The translations under genes and the position numbers were made by a program. A DNA stretch of 63,340 nt, filler included, from Olpidium bornovanus S191 (taxonomy: Eukaryota; Fungi; Olpidiomycota), in assembly GCA_017911155.1 (NCBI GenBank). It is 26 parts of 26 records of this genome, joined end to end, with 100 filler letters (N's around TTAATTAATTAA, not from the genome) between each part and the next. Parts side by side here need not be neighbours in the genome. Positions count along the whole stretch, not along the records: positions 10,609 to 12,687 come from JAEFCI010006021.1; positions 12,788 to 14,145 come from JAEFCI010012701.1; positions 14,246 to 15,732 come from JAEFCI010003231.1; positions 15,833 to 17,979 come from JAEFCI010009986.1; positions 18,080 to 19,940 come from JAEFCI010006220.1; positions 20,041 to 21,815 come from JAEFCI010012086.1; positions 21,916 to 28,257 come from JAEFCI010005210.1; 19 more parts are not named here. One strand, written 5' to 3'. Below the pieces are notes generated by a model that was not told where the DNA came from, did no database searches, and saw only the letters and a program-made list of their open reading frames with translations. Below are positions 10,609-22,941 of this stretch, one piece after another (the stretch's first letter is position 1; every line of letters begins with the position of its first letter).

Positions 10609-11984
10609 ATCTGGATTTTCCGAGCAATATAGGTTGCAAAATGTCGACGCTGGCGCGCAAAGAGTACCTTGTACTCCCGTCCACTGTCGTCCTCGAACGT
10701 GAACTCGGCAGCGTACTGCTCGTCCCATGGTGCCGGCCGCGTTTGTGATGCCCACGGCCTGCTCTCCTTTTCGCCAGACGACGGTGCGCCGGCAGACCAG
10801 TCGCTCAACGCGTCGAGTATTGGGCGAGCCGGAGCATCCGTCGAGTCGACCGTTTGACGCCTTTTCCTAGCGCTCTTCGGCCGGGACGAAAGCGGCGCCG
10901 CGATGAGGCCGGCGGATGGAGAAGTCGGGGAAGCCGCGCCGGAGGAAACGGCAGCCGCTGCCGCCGCCTCGTCCGTGTGTGGAATCGGCGCAGGCGTCGG
11001 AGCAGGGACGGGTTGATGATCTGGGCCGCTCTCCTCGGTTCCCGGTTTGTCGGCGTTTGCAACGGGCGCGGAAAGGTCTTTCTGCGTGGTGGCCTCAATC
11101 GCGGCTTCCGGGGCTTTAGGACCTGCAGCCGCCAACGTGCCCACGTTCGTCTCCTGTGCAAATTTCGGGGTCGCCGCCCGCGATAGCGCGGCGATTGATT
11201 CCTCGTAAACGGGAGGCAAACACAGTTGCAGCTCCACCGTGTGCACCAGGAACTCGGACCGCGACACGAACGTGTACTCGACGACGTTGGCGTCCGGCAA
11301 CACGTTGACTGCTTCGAACGGCGTTCAGAGACAAAGGGAGAGGGGAGAGGAAGAGCTCAGGACCTCCGAAAAATTTCACTTTTATTATGCGTCGCCGTGA
11401 TCAGTGAGCGGAAGCGGGGCAGGCTTTGGACGCAAAACAAAGAATAAAGAGCGGTGCTTAGATGCACCTTGCACCAACGTATCGGGCCGGCCGTTTGGTC
11501 CGGAGACCGCGCCACACGTGGTGTACTGATCCGTCACTTCCGGGGCGCTGCTGGAGTACAAGGTCGAAGGATCCAACCCGTCAAAACGTGAAGCGTTCGG
11601 CGGCGCCGGGCGCGGCGTCCATTCGTCGGGGAAAACTGTCGACGGCTGGAAATCTTCTGCGGCGCCCTTGAAAAGACGCGTTACAGGTGTGCAGAGAAAC
11701 GGCGGGCGGGAGAGGGGAGGAGGCGCGGCGGCGCTGTCATTACGCGCGGGTTGGCGGGTCGACGAAACATCCCGGCAACACCGGCGGAACACACTGACCG
11801 CGGGGTCCTCGCGGGCAGGAAGCGGCGGCGGGGAAGCGACAGAGCCGCGGTGGGCCTCCGTCGTCCGCGCCGTCGCGGGGGGTGTCAGCGGCCGCGGCGT
11901 CGCAGCCGGGCCGCCGGGAGCCGTCCTCTTCGGCCTCCTGACGAGGGCAAACAGCAGCGGCGACTGTGCGACCGCCGCCGGCAT
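10609..11984 (-). CDS. Hypothetical protein (2 exons, 3' truncated)
   Basis: ATG at 11984 (MPAAVAQSPLL). Joining the GTGCAT donor to the CGAAG acceptor gives in-frame RPDTLVQ-A-VNVLPDANVVEYTFVSRSEFLVHTVELQL, open to the contig end. Family not recognised. Confidence 0.6.
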
Positions 11985-14594
11985 GGCCGGTCTCTCCCGG
12001 CAGGGCCCGCACGCCTGCGGAAAAAAAAAAAAAAAAAAAAAGGGGAGCAGGGAGCAGTTTTGCGGCCGAGTCTGATCCTGTGCGCGGCGGGGACGTGGGG
12101 AGGGCGAAGGGAGCGGGCGGTCGGGGCGCGCGCAGGCCGGGGGGCTGTGTGACGTTTTTGCGTGGCGGGGAAAAGTGCGGGGGGAAGGGCAGAGAGAGCG
12201 CAGAGAGAGCGCAGAGAGAGGAGGGCAGAGAGGGCGGCCCGCGCGGGCGAGGAGCGCACGGCGGCGTCGCACGCGCGCCCCCCGGCGGCCCCCGCGGATC
12301 TGTCTGCCAGGAAACGCTGTGCCGCGCCGAAACTCTCGGCGGTTTCAGGTGGTGTTCCCGAACGACCCGCGAGCACCCGCAGCGACGACTCTGTGCTGCT
12401 TTGGCGACGCCGGCCCGTGCGGGGACGCCGTGACTGGCACCGCCACGCCCATTTTTATCGGAGGATGGGGTTTCAATTTCTGTAAACCACGCGCGAGCGC
12501 GCGCGCGGGTTGCAGATGCCGTCTGGTACGCCTGCCGGGGAACGAACTGCAACCGACTTCCTCGCGGGGACACGAACCAGATTCCGCGCTCCCGTAATAT
12601 TGTCGAGCGGCCAGTTCTGTGCTCTGCGCCTCGACAGGGGGTTCTCCTAGGCATACGATCATGGTGGCGGGCAGGCGGTGCAAAGGGNNNNNNNNNNNNN
12701 NNNNNNNNNNNNNNNNNNNNNNNNNNNNNNNTTAATTAATTAANNNNNNNNNNNNNNNNNNNNNNNNNNNNNNNNNNNNNNNNNNNNCATGCCTCCTCCA
12801 ACTCGGCGTATCCCAAGGGCGACCTGGAGATTGTTGGAGAATGTCGCCGGATAATTAGAACACAAAAAACGATTTAAAAGTTTGGTTATGCGCATACCAA
12901 CCCACTTTTATCTCCGCATTCTTCAACCGGCCGTGTTGGCGCATTCCTGGCGCGGCCGTGCCGGACCGCCGAAAAAACTTCGTAACGCTCCGCGATGTGG
13001 GAGTATCCTCAGAGGGCCGCGGAGCTGTTTGCAAAATATATCGTTGCAAATTAAAAATGCAAAACGAAAATTCGGCAGTCATTTGCGTACCAACCCACCT
13101 CCTGGCAGTTGGAAAACACGTCCGATGCTCAACGGAGGTGAGGTTGGCGACGGGAACTGTGCCGGGGCTCCGAGGGCAATTTCGCAACACGCGAGGCGGC
13201 CTTGGGACTTCCGCCGCGTCGCTTGCTTCTGTTGGCGCGTCCGCGCCACAGATAGTTTGCGGAACGGTCAGTTCGTTGGAACCAAAAAATTTTCAGCCGG
13301 GGGTTTGGGTGACCTCGCGTTCGCGGTTTTTTTTTTTCTCGCAAAAGAGCGACAACGTTGCGGCGCGGAAGGAAAGAGGGGAGGAAAAGGTGTCGACGAC
13401 TTTGCGCTTACCGCGTCGTGGGGGGGGGGGGCTTCCGGGAGGTTGTCGCAGCGCGCGCACTCGTCGGCAGCGGTCCCCGTCTGCGTCCCCGGCGCCCGCC
13501 CCGTCGCCGGCAGACGAACCTGAACCGGCAGACGAGGGCGGATCGCGCGGGCGCTTGCGGGGGTTTTCGCGGAGGGACGCCACCTGCGCAGGGGCCTTCG
13601 GCGGCCGGCTGCCTCGCCGCAAGCCTCTCGGACCTGCGAGGAGCCATTTGGTAGGAGTGAAACGCGGGGGGGTGTGGATGCTGGCGGTGGGGAGGTTGCC
13701 AGTGGTTGCGGGGGCGGTGTGGGAAGAGGGCAATTGTTTGCCGGCCGGTGGGTCTGGCGCATTTGGGGGATCTCTCGCTCTCACTCTCTCGTTGATTTGG
13801 GGGAATGAAGAAGGCGGAGGCTCGGCGGCAAAAGGCAAGACGCCTTGTACACCCCGGCCCCGGGGGTGCGTGGGGGAAAACGGGCGGGGAAAGGGGCCGC
13901 CCGGCTCTGCCCTAGGAACTAGTATGGGGAACAGTGGGGGCGTGTGGCGGCTGACCGGGCCCTGCCGCCCTTCCTTCCTCCCTTCCTTCCTTCCTTCTTT
14001 CGGGCGCGGGCGTGAGGATTACACGAGGGGCGGAGCAGGAGGAAAAGCGTCAGAAAGAACCAATAAGAAAGACCGCGCCTTCCGTCTTCCTCCCGTGCGC
14101 GCTCGCCCGGCGCACCTTGTACGCCCTCCGCCGCCGCCCTGTTCCNNNNNNNNNNNNNNNNNNNNNNNNNNNNNNNNNNNNNNNNNNNNTTAATTAATTA
14201 ANNNNNNNNNNNNNNNNNNNNNNNNNNNNNNNNNNNNNNNNNNNNCACCCCCGGAGAGGGGAGCACGAAGGGGGAGAAGAAGAGCCTGCATCACAACCTT
14301 TTTGCGGGGGGGGGGGGGGGGGGGGGAGGGGGTGGGGGAGGACGCGTATTCTCCTTTCCAGCGCTGGAAATGAGGGGAAAGCGGGGAGAGGGAGGGAGGA
14401 AGGAGGACGTGGATTGCCCGGCGAAGATTGTGGACGGCGTCGCGGCTTGTCCGTTTTTTTTTTTTTTACTTTCATCGTTTTCTTACGGAAACCCCGAGTG
14501 GACGGCATCGCGGCTTGCCCGTTTTTTTTGTTTTTTTGCTTTCATCGTTTTCTCATGGAAACCTTCGGGGTTCACCTCCTCTGCGTTTGCTCAG

Positions 14595-15732
14595 GACACC
14601 AGCTATATGGTCGGGGCCATCCCGAAGCGCTACAAGGTCGTCGGCCTTGACCCTGGCCTGGAGACGTACTTTGCCATGGGCCGCGGCGTGCAGAAGCCCG
14701 GTGTAGACATTCCCTCTCTCTCCATGATAAAATACCTTGACTCGAACTACCACATTTTCCCGGCCTTGGTGGGTGTTTGTTGCGGCGGCGCCAGCACGCG
14801 AAGTTTCCTTTTTCTGTGCTAACGTCATCTCGGGTCCTGCGCTGTTTGTCCCTCTTCTTCCAAAAAGCTGGAGGCGGACCAGAGCTTCTGCCTCAACAGC
14901 ACCTTCATCATCGACCATTACCTTGAGGCCAAGGAGGCGGGCATCGAGACTCGTCCGGTAGTGTTCGGTCCGGTCTCATTCCTACATTTCGCGCGCTGCA
15001 CAGGGCCCGTTGGATCCATGACGCACCTGTCGAAGCTTATTCCTGTGTACGTCGAGCTCCTCAAGAAGCTGAAGGACGCGGGAGCGCAGTGGGTCCAGAT
15101 CGACGAGCCTTGCCTAGCGTTCGACATTCCCGAAGAGACCCGACGCGCTTTGAAGACGGCGTACACCGCTCTTGCGGCCGTCGGCATCAAGATCTTCCTC
15201 GCCACTTTCGGAGGCCACCTCCGCGAAAATCTTGGCGCCGTCATTTCTGATAAGCTCCCGATCGCGGCCCTTCACATCGATCTCGTGCGAGCCCCGGAGC
15301 AGCTGAACGACGAGCTGCTCACGATTTTCCCGCAGGACATGATCCTTTCCCTTGGTTTGGTTGACGGGCGAAACATGTGCGTAATAGCGTCGCGGTTTTG
15401 TTTGCCTGCCTTCCGGCATGTGGAGCATGTTCCATTCTGACGGGGTGCTCCTAGCTGGAAGTGCGACTTGAACAAGGCTCTTGATCTGGCCGAGAGGGCC
15501 GTCTCCGTCCTTGGCAAGAGCCGCGTCATGGTCGGGCCCAGCAGTTCCCTCATGTTCGCGCCGCACTCCCTGGATGGCGAGACCAAGATGGATCCTGAGA
15601 TCAAGGACTGGCTATCCTTTGCCACCGAGAAAGTTCGCGAGCTGTGCATAATTACCGCCGCGCTGAACCGGGGCCGGGATGCGGTCAAGGAGGAGCTTGC
15701 TGCGAACAAGAAGAGCATCGACGCGCGCAAGG
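14595..15732 (+). CDS. MET6: Cobalamin-independent methionine synthase, N-terminal barrel fragment
   Basis: Exons 14595-14768, 14868-15376 and 15455-15732 splice in frame. Motifs: YFAMGRG, DSNYH, TRPVVFGPVSFL, GAQWVQIDEP, LHIDLVRAPEQL, GLVDGRNIWK, EIKDWLSFATEK. Confidence 0.95.
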
Positions 15733-15887
15733 NNNNNNNNNNNNNNNNNNNNNNNNNNNNNNNNNNNNNNNNNNNNTTAATTAATTAANNNNNNNNNNNN
15801 NNNNNNNNNNNNNNNNNNNNNNNNNNNNNNNNGAAAAAAAAAAAAGAAAAAAAGAAAAAAAGAAAAAAAAAAAACGAAAATAAAAAA

Positions 15888-16101
15888 ATGGCGGACCGCT
15901 TCCTGTTCGAAAGCGAAAAGGACTACCTCGGCTTCGCCGAATACGCCGACCGGCACGGCCTGCAGGACATCTTCCAGCACCTGCTGCGGCTGCTGCTCGT
16001 CGACCGCCCGGAGGACCCGGTCAAGTTCATGATCGACCACGTCACGAACCCGATCAGTTCAGTTTCTGGAGGGGGGGGGTGGGCAAGAACGAACAAAAAA
16101 C

Positions 16102-16132
<31 letters not shown>

Positions 16133-17556
16133 CCCCCCCCTTTTTTTCCGGCCGGCCCCCGGTTAACTTTTTTTCTTTTTTTTTTTTTTTTTCCCTTCCC
16201 CGCGTTCCCTCCGCCCGCAAAACGACAGCACCCGCCGTGGTGGTCTCGGCACCGCCCTCATCCGGACGGGACGAAATGGTAAAACCCCTTTTCCCCGACC
16301 CCGCCCGACGCACCCCGTTGCCCGCTCCCTCCCCCCTTTTTTCTCCTCACCGCTCTTCTTTCCGACTCTCTTTCTCGGGGCAAAAAATCCTATTTTATTA
16401 TTATCATTATCAATTCCCCCCCCCGGCGGAATTCCCATTTGTCTCTCTCAGCGGTCCGGTGGGGGAAGGGTCGTCAAAAGCAGGGCGCTGCCGGCGAACA
16501 AAAAAAAAAGAAAAAGAGAATCACGCGAGATTTTTCTTTCTGTCAAAAAAAACAACTGCCCAGTGCCGCCTGCTGGCGGCGAAGCTGGGGGCGGTGTACG
16601 TCTCGACCGGGAACCTCCTCCGCGCGGCGGTCGAGAAGCAGACGTCCTTGGGGAACCAGGTCAAGCCGTACATGGAGAAGAACCAGCTGGTCCCCGATGC
16701 GATCATCAGCGGCGTGCTGTTCGAGCGCCTGAAGGAGGACGACGTGAGGCAGAGGGGGTGGGTCCTGGACGGCTTCCCGCGCACCCGCGAGCAGGCGCTG
16801 GCGATGCAGCGGAGGGGCGCCCTGCCGACTCATTTCGGTAAGTTTTTTCTCTCGCCTCCTCCCACCCGCCTCAAACCCCGGCCTCTGTCGTGACGGCCCT
16901 TTTTTTTTTTGCGAAAACCCGCGCCGTGTCTCTGTCTCTCTGTTTCTTTTATTTTCATTATTATTATATTTTTTTTTCGTTATTTCTATTTTTTTGATTC
17001 CCCCTTTTTTATTCTCATTTATATTTTTTTTGTTTTGTTTTTTTCTGTTTTATTCTTTTCTTTTTTCATTCTTTTTTTTATTCGTTTCCTTTTTTTGCCA
17101 CACCCCCCCACCACCACCACTTTTTTTTTCTTCCTTTTTTTTTCTTTTTTTCTAGTCCGCCTCGACATCCCCGACGCGGCGATCTTGGAGCACACGTCGC
17201 AGCTGCGGGTCGACCCGGTCACGGGCAAATCGTACCACCTCCGGATTTCGCCGCCGCCGCAGGGCGGGGGGATCGCCGGCCGCCTGCAGCAGCGGTCGTA
17301 CCACTCGCGCGCCGCGGTCGCCGCGCGGCTCGAGCTCTTTCGCCGCAACTCCCCGGGCGTGCTGGGCTGCTTCTCGCACCTGACGCGGGGCGTGTCGTTC
17401 GACGCCGGCCTGTTCGGCGCGGAGGCCGCCGCCGCCGACCGCGTCGCCGGGATCCTGGCGCGGGCGGAGCCGTACGGGCGCGTCGCCGCGGGACCTAAAT
17501 GCTACAAAGTCTGCGTGTGCGGCGGGCCCGGGGCGGGAAAGACGATGATCGCGGAG
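15888..17556 (+). CDS. AK8: Adenylate kinase 8-like (Dpy-30/RIIa docking domain plus tandem AK domains), flagellar; 3' truncated
   Basis: Exons 15888-16056, 16229-16278, 16564-16837 and 17156-about 17556. Docking domain: LQDIFQHLLRLLLVDRPEDPVKFMIDH. AK domain 1: GWVLDGFPRTREQA, LID DPVTGKSYH. Second P-loop: GGPGAGKT. Confidence 0.85.
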
Positions 17557-18079
17557 GTGCTTCGCCGGGGTTTTTTTTTTGTTTGGTGGAGGGAGGGGGG
17601 AGGGGAGTGGGGGACGATGTTGTTGCGAAGAGAGGCGGGGAGCGGGGGAGGTAGCGTCCCAGGGAAAGAAAAAAAAAAAAAAAAAAAAAAAGGGGGAAAA
17701 AGCTCGGACTAGATCGTCTTCTAATGGGGGACGTCGGGGGGGAACGCCGCGGGGTCGGGGTTTTCTCTCCCGAATTCAGGCGCTTTCCCGCAAATTCGGC
17801 ATGGTCGTCGGTACGTGAACGGAGGGGAGGGAGAAGGGCCTCGCGCCTTGCGCCTGACCATGCGGTCCCGCTCACCAAAACCGCGGGTGGGGTCCGGTGG
17901 TCCCGCGTCCAGTGTCGCTGCCGCGTCTCATTGCGGCCGAAGTGGCAGACAAACGGAAACATCACGCGGAATTAGAGCCNNNNNNNNNNNNNNNNNNNNN
18001 NNNNNNNNNNNNNNNNNNNNNNNTTAATTAATTAANNNNNNNNNNNNNNNNNNNNNNNNNNNNNNNNNNNNNNNNNNNN

Positions 18080-19505
18080 TACGCTCTCCTCTTCGGCATG
18101 CCTTTCCTCTTGTACCCGTGGAACGGCGAGCTTGCCGCCGCCGGGGGAAGGCAGAGGGGTGCCGTTGAGGTATTCCGTGAGAGCCCACATGCCGTTCATG
18201 CCGTACCCGGCGGACCCGCACTTGAACTCGGGGTTTTCGACAAGGGTCCTCCGGAGAGTCGGCCGCCAGTACTTTGACGTGGCGGCACGACGACCGCGCT
18301 CGTTCCACCGCTTTTCGGCCTCTGCGCTGATCTCCTCGGCGGGTATCCACAACCTCTGCACGAACTCGCCGTCGCGGCCGGGGACTCTGCCCGCAGATAG
18401 GTCCCGGAGGACGCAGATGAGGAGAGCCTTCCAGGTGAGCCTGGCGGTGTTCCTCCGCCGTTTCTTCCTCGGTTCGCCCTGCTGTCCGCGCGAGTCGTCG
18501 CCCTGCTCGGCTTGGTCGGAGCGGAGATGCTTGTACTCCCCCTGGCGGAAGAAGAATTCGTCCTCGTCCTCGCCGGACCCGAACGTTTCGGCAGACGACG
18601 TCGGGGTCAGCAGCCCACCACCCAAAGGCGAATGAAACGCGGCCGGCGTTCCCGGCGACGACGGCGGCAAAGTTTTCATTTCGGTCAGCGACCACCACCC
18701 CTGGTGGCCCGCACCGACGCCCGTTGTGAACAGGCTCGGGGTCCCCGCGAGGACGGCAGCGACGGAACTGCGGAAATTTCCCGGCTTGGGCGTGCCGGCC
18801 CTAAGACGATCCCAATAAATCTCGGTCAGATCCGCGATGTCTTTCAACCGGAACGCCTGCCTGTTATGATTTTCCTCGTACATCCTCTTGAGGGCCATGT
18901 AAACAAGGTCACGCCTAACCATGACAAACCGAAATAGGGGGGGGGAGGGGTGGAGGTGTACGGCACAGCCCGCGTCAATTAGTTTTTCCAAAACCTCCAG
19001 AAAGCCCCCGACTTCCTCGCCAGCCTTGCCCGTACCACTTGGGCAATTTCGCATCAGAGGGTGAACACGTCAAACTCGGCGTTTGAAGAGTCATCGTCCC
19101 GCAGATTGCGGCGAAAGGGCTCTCCGGCGGCACAGCCCGCTCGCTTCGTTTCCTCCTTTTGGGCCCGGGAGACCAGTTGCCACGGTCGCTTTTGTCACTT
19201 CCGCCATCCGAAAGGTAGCTCCTCTTGCCTTGACAACCTTGCGACTCAAGAAAGGCCGCGGCTGCGACCACGTCGGCCAGGGTAGCTGCGCGCCGAGGCG
19301 TGGGAGGGTTGAGGGCGCCGCCGCCCGGAGACGAGGTCGTAACGGGAGAGCAGGGAGACTCGGGCGAAACAGCCCCGGGCAGGAGAAACTTCTCGGACGC
19401 AGACGGCGGGGAAACCGGCAGCCCGGGTACCGCAAGCTTCGACGGCGGTGACGAAGGATGTCGTACCTCGTCGAATGAAACGGGAACGGCCGAAACGACG
19501 GGCAT
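18080..19505 (-). CDS. Putative chromatin protein with two ASH2L/PCL-type winged-helix domains (3' truncated)
   Basis: RDLVYMALKRM...AFRLKDIADLTEIYWDRL...NFRSSVAAVLAGTPSLFTTG...GWWSL, then a second similar block LTWKALLICVL...AEKRW...YWRPTLRRTLVENPEFKCG...GMWAL. The N-terminal exon is Ser/Pro-rich. Exon boundaries are uncertain. Confidence 0.55.
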
Positions 19506-19779
19506 ATCCTGAGCCTGCGCGGGCGTCGGGCGATGCGGCGACGCAAATGGAAGACCTGCCAACGAAGCGGAAGCGCACACCACCCCCAGAAACTCCAGAT
19601 GGTCAGAAGCGGAGGAGGATGGAGGGAGGAGGCCAATTCAACGAAAATCACGCGAGAGGGGATATTTTTCGAAGCCAACCTGTTCGCGACAGCGCTTTCT
19701 GCATGCCTAGTACCAAAAAGACCATGCTTCTTAACGAGTCGCCACTGACCCCAAAAGGCCCTGCGCAGGCAAGAAGGAC

Positions 19780-19940
19780 AAAAAAACGAAAAAAACGAAA
19801 AAAACGAAAAAAACGAAAAAAAACGAAAAAAAAGAAAAAAACGAAAAAAACGAAAAAAACGAAAAAAACGAAAAAAACGAAAAAAACGAAAAAAACGAAA
19901 AAAACGAAAAAAACGAAAAAAACGAAAAAAACGAAAAAAA
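19780..19940. repeat. 9-bp tandem repeat (AAAAAAACG)n, about 17 copies, running into the contig end
   Basis: Visible directly. It produces the spurious KKTKKT ORF. Confidence 0.95.
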
Positions 19941-20040
19941 NNNNNNNNNNNNNNNNNNNNNNNNNNNNNNNNNNNNNNNNNNNNTTAATTAATTAANNNN
20001 NNNNNNNNNNNNNNNNNNNNNNNNNNNNNNNNNNNNNNNN

Positions 20041-21373
20041 CATGGCAGGACGCTGCCAGTGGCCGCTCCGCGACTCGTCGACGATGTGGAGAACGCCGTT
20101 CCCAAGCCAGTCGACGGTGTTGTAGAGCTGGGTATGGGTGTTGGGGTCCTGCAGGCGCGCCTTGTGCAGGACCGTATCGACGCCCCGGTTCATAGAGAGG
20201 ACGGTCTTAGCGGTGAGGCTGGCCACGAACGAGGCCGCCTGCGGGCGAACAACGATCAAGCGGAGAGCGGTGTGAGTCATCGTTCGTCCACAACAGACCG
20301 GCAGGTTTTAAACAGGCAAAGTTTGGAAAGGGCACATGCTCCCCCCCCCCCTTCTCCCTAGGCGAAAAAGCAGAAACAGCATAAGCTGATCGTGCGGACC
20401 TTGTACGCCAGCACGCGATGAACAGTGTTGTCGGCAGTGTAAACGGCCGTGTTTCGGACCTGAGTGGCAATCTCGGACGGCTGCTTGCTGATAATCGGGT
20501 ACTAGATAATTTCCAGCCAAAAAGGAAAGCGAATCAGGTCCGTGTTAACATTGCGATCGGAGTACTGGGAACGAACATCTAGGCAGGTCTACTATCAACA
20601 CGGGACGCGAACTCTCCCACCTTACGCAAACCTTTCTCCAGGAGGTCGGCCGCGCGCCCGTCAAACTTGTGGATGACGTTTCCCAGGGCAGGCTTCACCG
20701 GAGCGGCGAGCTTGTCAGCGAGGGTAACGCCAATGGTAGCGGCCTGCTTTGTCGTATCGACTGCGATCTTTGCCACACGGTTGCGTCGGGTGATGCTGCC
20801 GACCGAGTTCGTGAGCAGGTGCACGGTCTCCGCCACTGCGGGGATCGAGGCGACGCGGTTCACGAAAGCCGAAGGAGCCGCGGACAAGGGACCCCGCGCC
20901 GCGTTGCCATTGTCCGCGTTGCAATCAGTCGCAAGCTGTTTCTGAGGTTTCCTGGTCTTTTCGGCGACCTCGGTGACGGACGGGAAATCGTTGGGGTCGA
21001 GCTGCTGCGGGTTGTCCCCGAAGGCAGCTGTGGCGGCGCTAGATATGCTGGGCCCCGGCCTTTTGTTCGGCACGCCCGCGACGTCACCGTGCGCGACGGG
21101 ATGGCAAGACGAATTTTCGATGACCTCCGTGCGCAACGGTTGCTCGACCATCCAGGGCACGTGGTCCGCCTGAGTCGCCGACTGGTTGACCACGCCCGCG
21201 TAAGAGTGGCACGGCGACGCGTCTCCTCCGTCCGATCGGTCCGCCTGCTTTCCCCTGAGACTTTTCTGGGACGGCCGCCGTGAATTCTTGCCTTCCTTCC
21301 GCAAGTTGCTGGCTGTCGTGCCGTTCGCCTCGCTCGACAGCACCGGGTTCGCGCTTTCAAAAAAAACAACCAT
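20041..21373 (-). CDS. Perilipin/CAP20-family lipid-droplet protein (multi-exon, 3' truncated)
   Basis: PAT-domain-like FVNRVASIPAVAETVHLL...AKIAVDTTKQAA...LAAPV...KFDGRAADLLEK. A later exon (ATCTAG acceptor) reads YPIISKQPSEIATQV. Confidence 0.7.
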
Positions 21374-21751
21374 GTGCGACCCCCCACCGCGACGAAACGG
21401 GTCGAAGGTTAAAACCACAGAACGGGAAATACAGGAAGGGAGAAAAAGCAGGATGTGGTGGGCGGAGTTTGCGCACGGCTCGGGGCGTGTCCAAGTTGGC
21501 GTTTTGTCGGCGAGAGGGGGGTGGGGGGGGATCCGCGGGCGCGCGCGACGCAGGGGGCGCGACATCAACCCAGCAGCTGGACAGAAGTGCGACAGGTTTC
21601 TTACGGACAACCCTGACGCTCGCCAGCCGGATTCACGCGGCGCGTGGCCAACGGCATGCGGCCCCGCGCACAGGAAGCGCCACCTCCGGAGCTGTCAATC
21701 TAACCCTAGCTCCGCTTTCGCCCCTCCAATTCCCCCCTCTTCCCCTCGCCG

Positions 21752-21815
<64 letters not shown>

Positions 21816-22941
21816 NNNNNNNNNNNNNNNNNNNNNNNNNNNNNNNNNNNNNNNNNNNNTTAATTAATTAANNNNNNNNNNNNNNNNNNNNNNNNNNNNN
21901 NNNNNNNNNNNNNNNCCATGTCTAACTTCACTGGAACATTAGAAAATGTACCGGACAGGCTTTCGAGCGATGCTGGACCTGCTGCCGTTGCTAACGGAGG
22001 TGACGACGGTCTGTTATGTTGGCTCAAATAGCCGTTTAACTCGGAAGGTCCCTCTTTACATTGACGCCTCGGTTCACTTCTAACCCGGGTTGTCGTCCGG
22101 TTTCCAGACAGTGCCAAAGTGCGTCAACGTCCCGAAGCCAAGTGCTGCGTTTCAGCCGCTGCCAGCCAGAGGCGCTGCGTACGCAGCCCGAGAACACTGG
22201 GGACGACGAGAGGAGTGCAGCTTTGCATTTGCGAGGTTATTTAGTCCCGTTAGAGCCCGCGCCCAGGAGCTGCGTCCGGGCGCTACGGGACAAGCGGGAA
22301 ATTTAGGGAGCGCGAGGTGTCCCTACCCGTTAGCCCGCAAACTAGCGACAAGACTCGGCCGTGGTGTACACTTGCTTTCAGATAGCTGTGCCTTTGTATG
22401 AAAATATCACGTTTGACGACTGGATACGCGCGTTCCCCTTGGGACGCGGAATCTGCCCACGGAGCTTTGCCCTAAATCGGTCGGCTGCTGCCCCCGGGTC
22501 GCGCTCGTTCCGGCGGGGACAACTGAGGGGGACCAGTTTCGCGGATATCTCCTTCCTTTCGCCTCTTCCCGGGCAACCCGCGGCGAGCGACGTCAAGAAT
22601 TTTCGTCGGATCCTACCTGCAAGCGCCGCACCGTGTGCGACCCGCGAATTTCCGCAGTGACGGCGTTAAAAATGTTGCAGCAGCGAAGACACCGGATACA
22701 TACGTGACAGGATGATAAAAAAAAGGGAGAATTTTTTTTTGGAGCGGGCAATAACCGGTTTAACCAATTGCGAAAAGACGGGGAGCGCTTGGCCCCCCGG
22801 TTGGATTGGAACTAGAAAACTACTCGGAAACGTCGGAAACGTCAGCCTTGGAGCCGTGTGCGCACGGGACGACTCGCATCTCCCCGATCTCGCGGGGGGG
22901 AGAGGGGGGGGGGGGGCCGGAAGCCGCCCTCTCCGAAGATT

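Noticed and set aside
12788-13650. Probable multi-exon gene on the minus strand
   Set aside because: Splice-like signals exist (GTAAGC, GTACGC, GTATGC donors), but I could not fix a reading frame or family.
16441-16563. GPVGEG...KKTT as the AK8 P-loop in ORF 16237-16893
   Set aside because: It lies in intron sequence. The homologous position is supplied by the 16229-16278 exon and the CCCAG acceptor at 16563.
19448-19996. Lys/Thr-repeat 'protein' (KKTKKT...)
   Set aside because: It is the translation of the 9-bp tandem repeat.
21916-22660. Short ORFs (21860-22117 minus, 22361-22660 plus)
   Set aside because: No motifs and no consistent gene structure.
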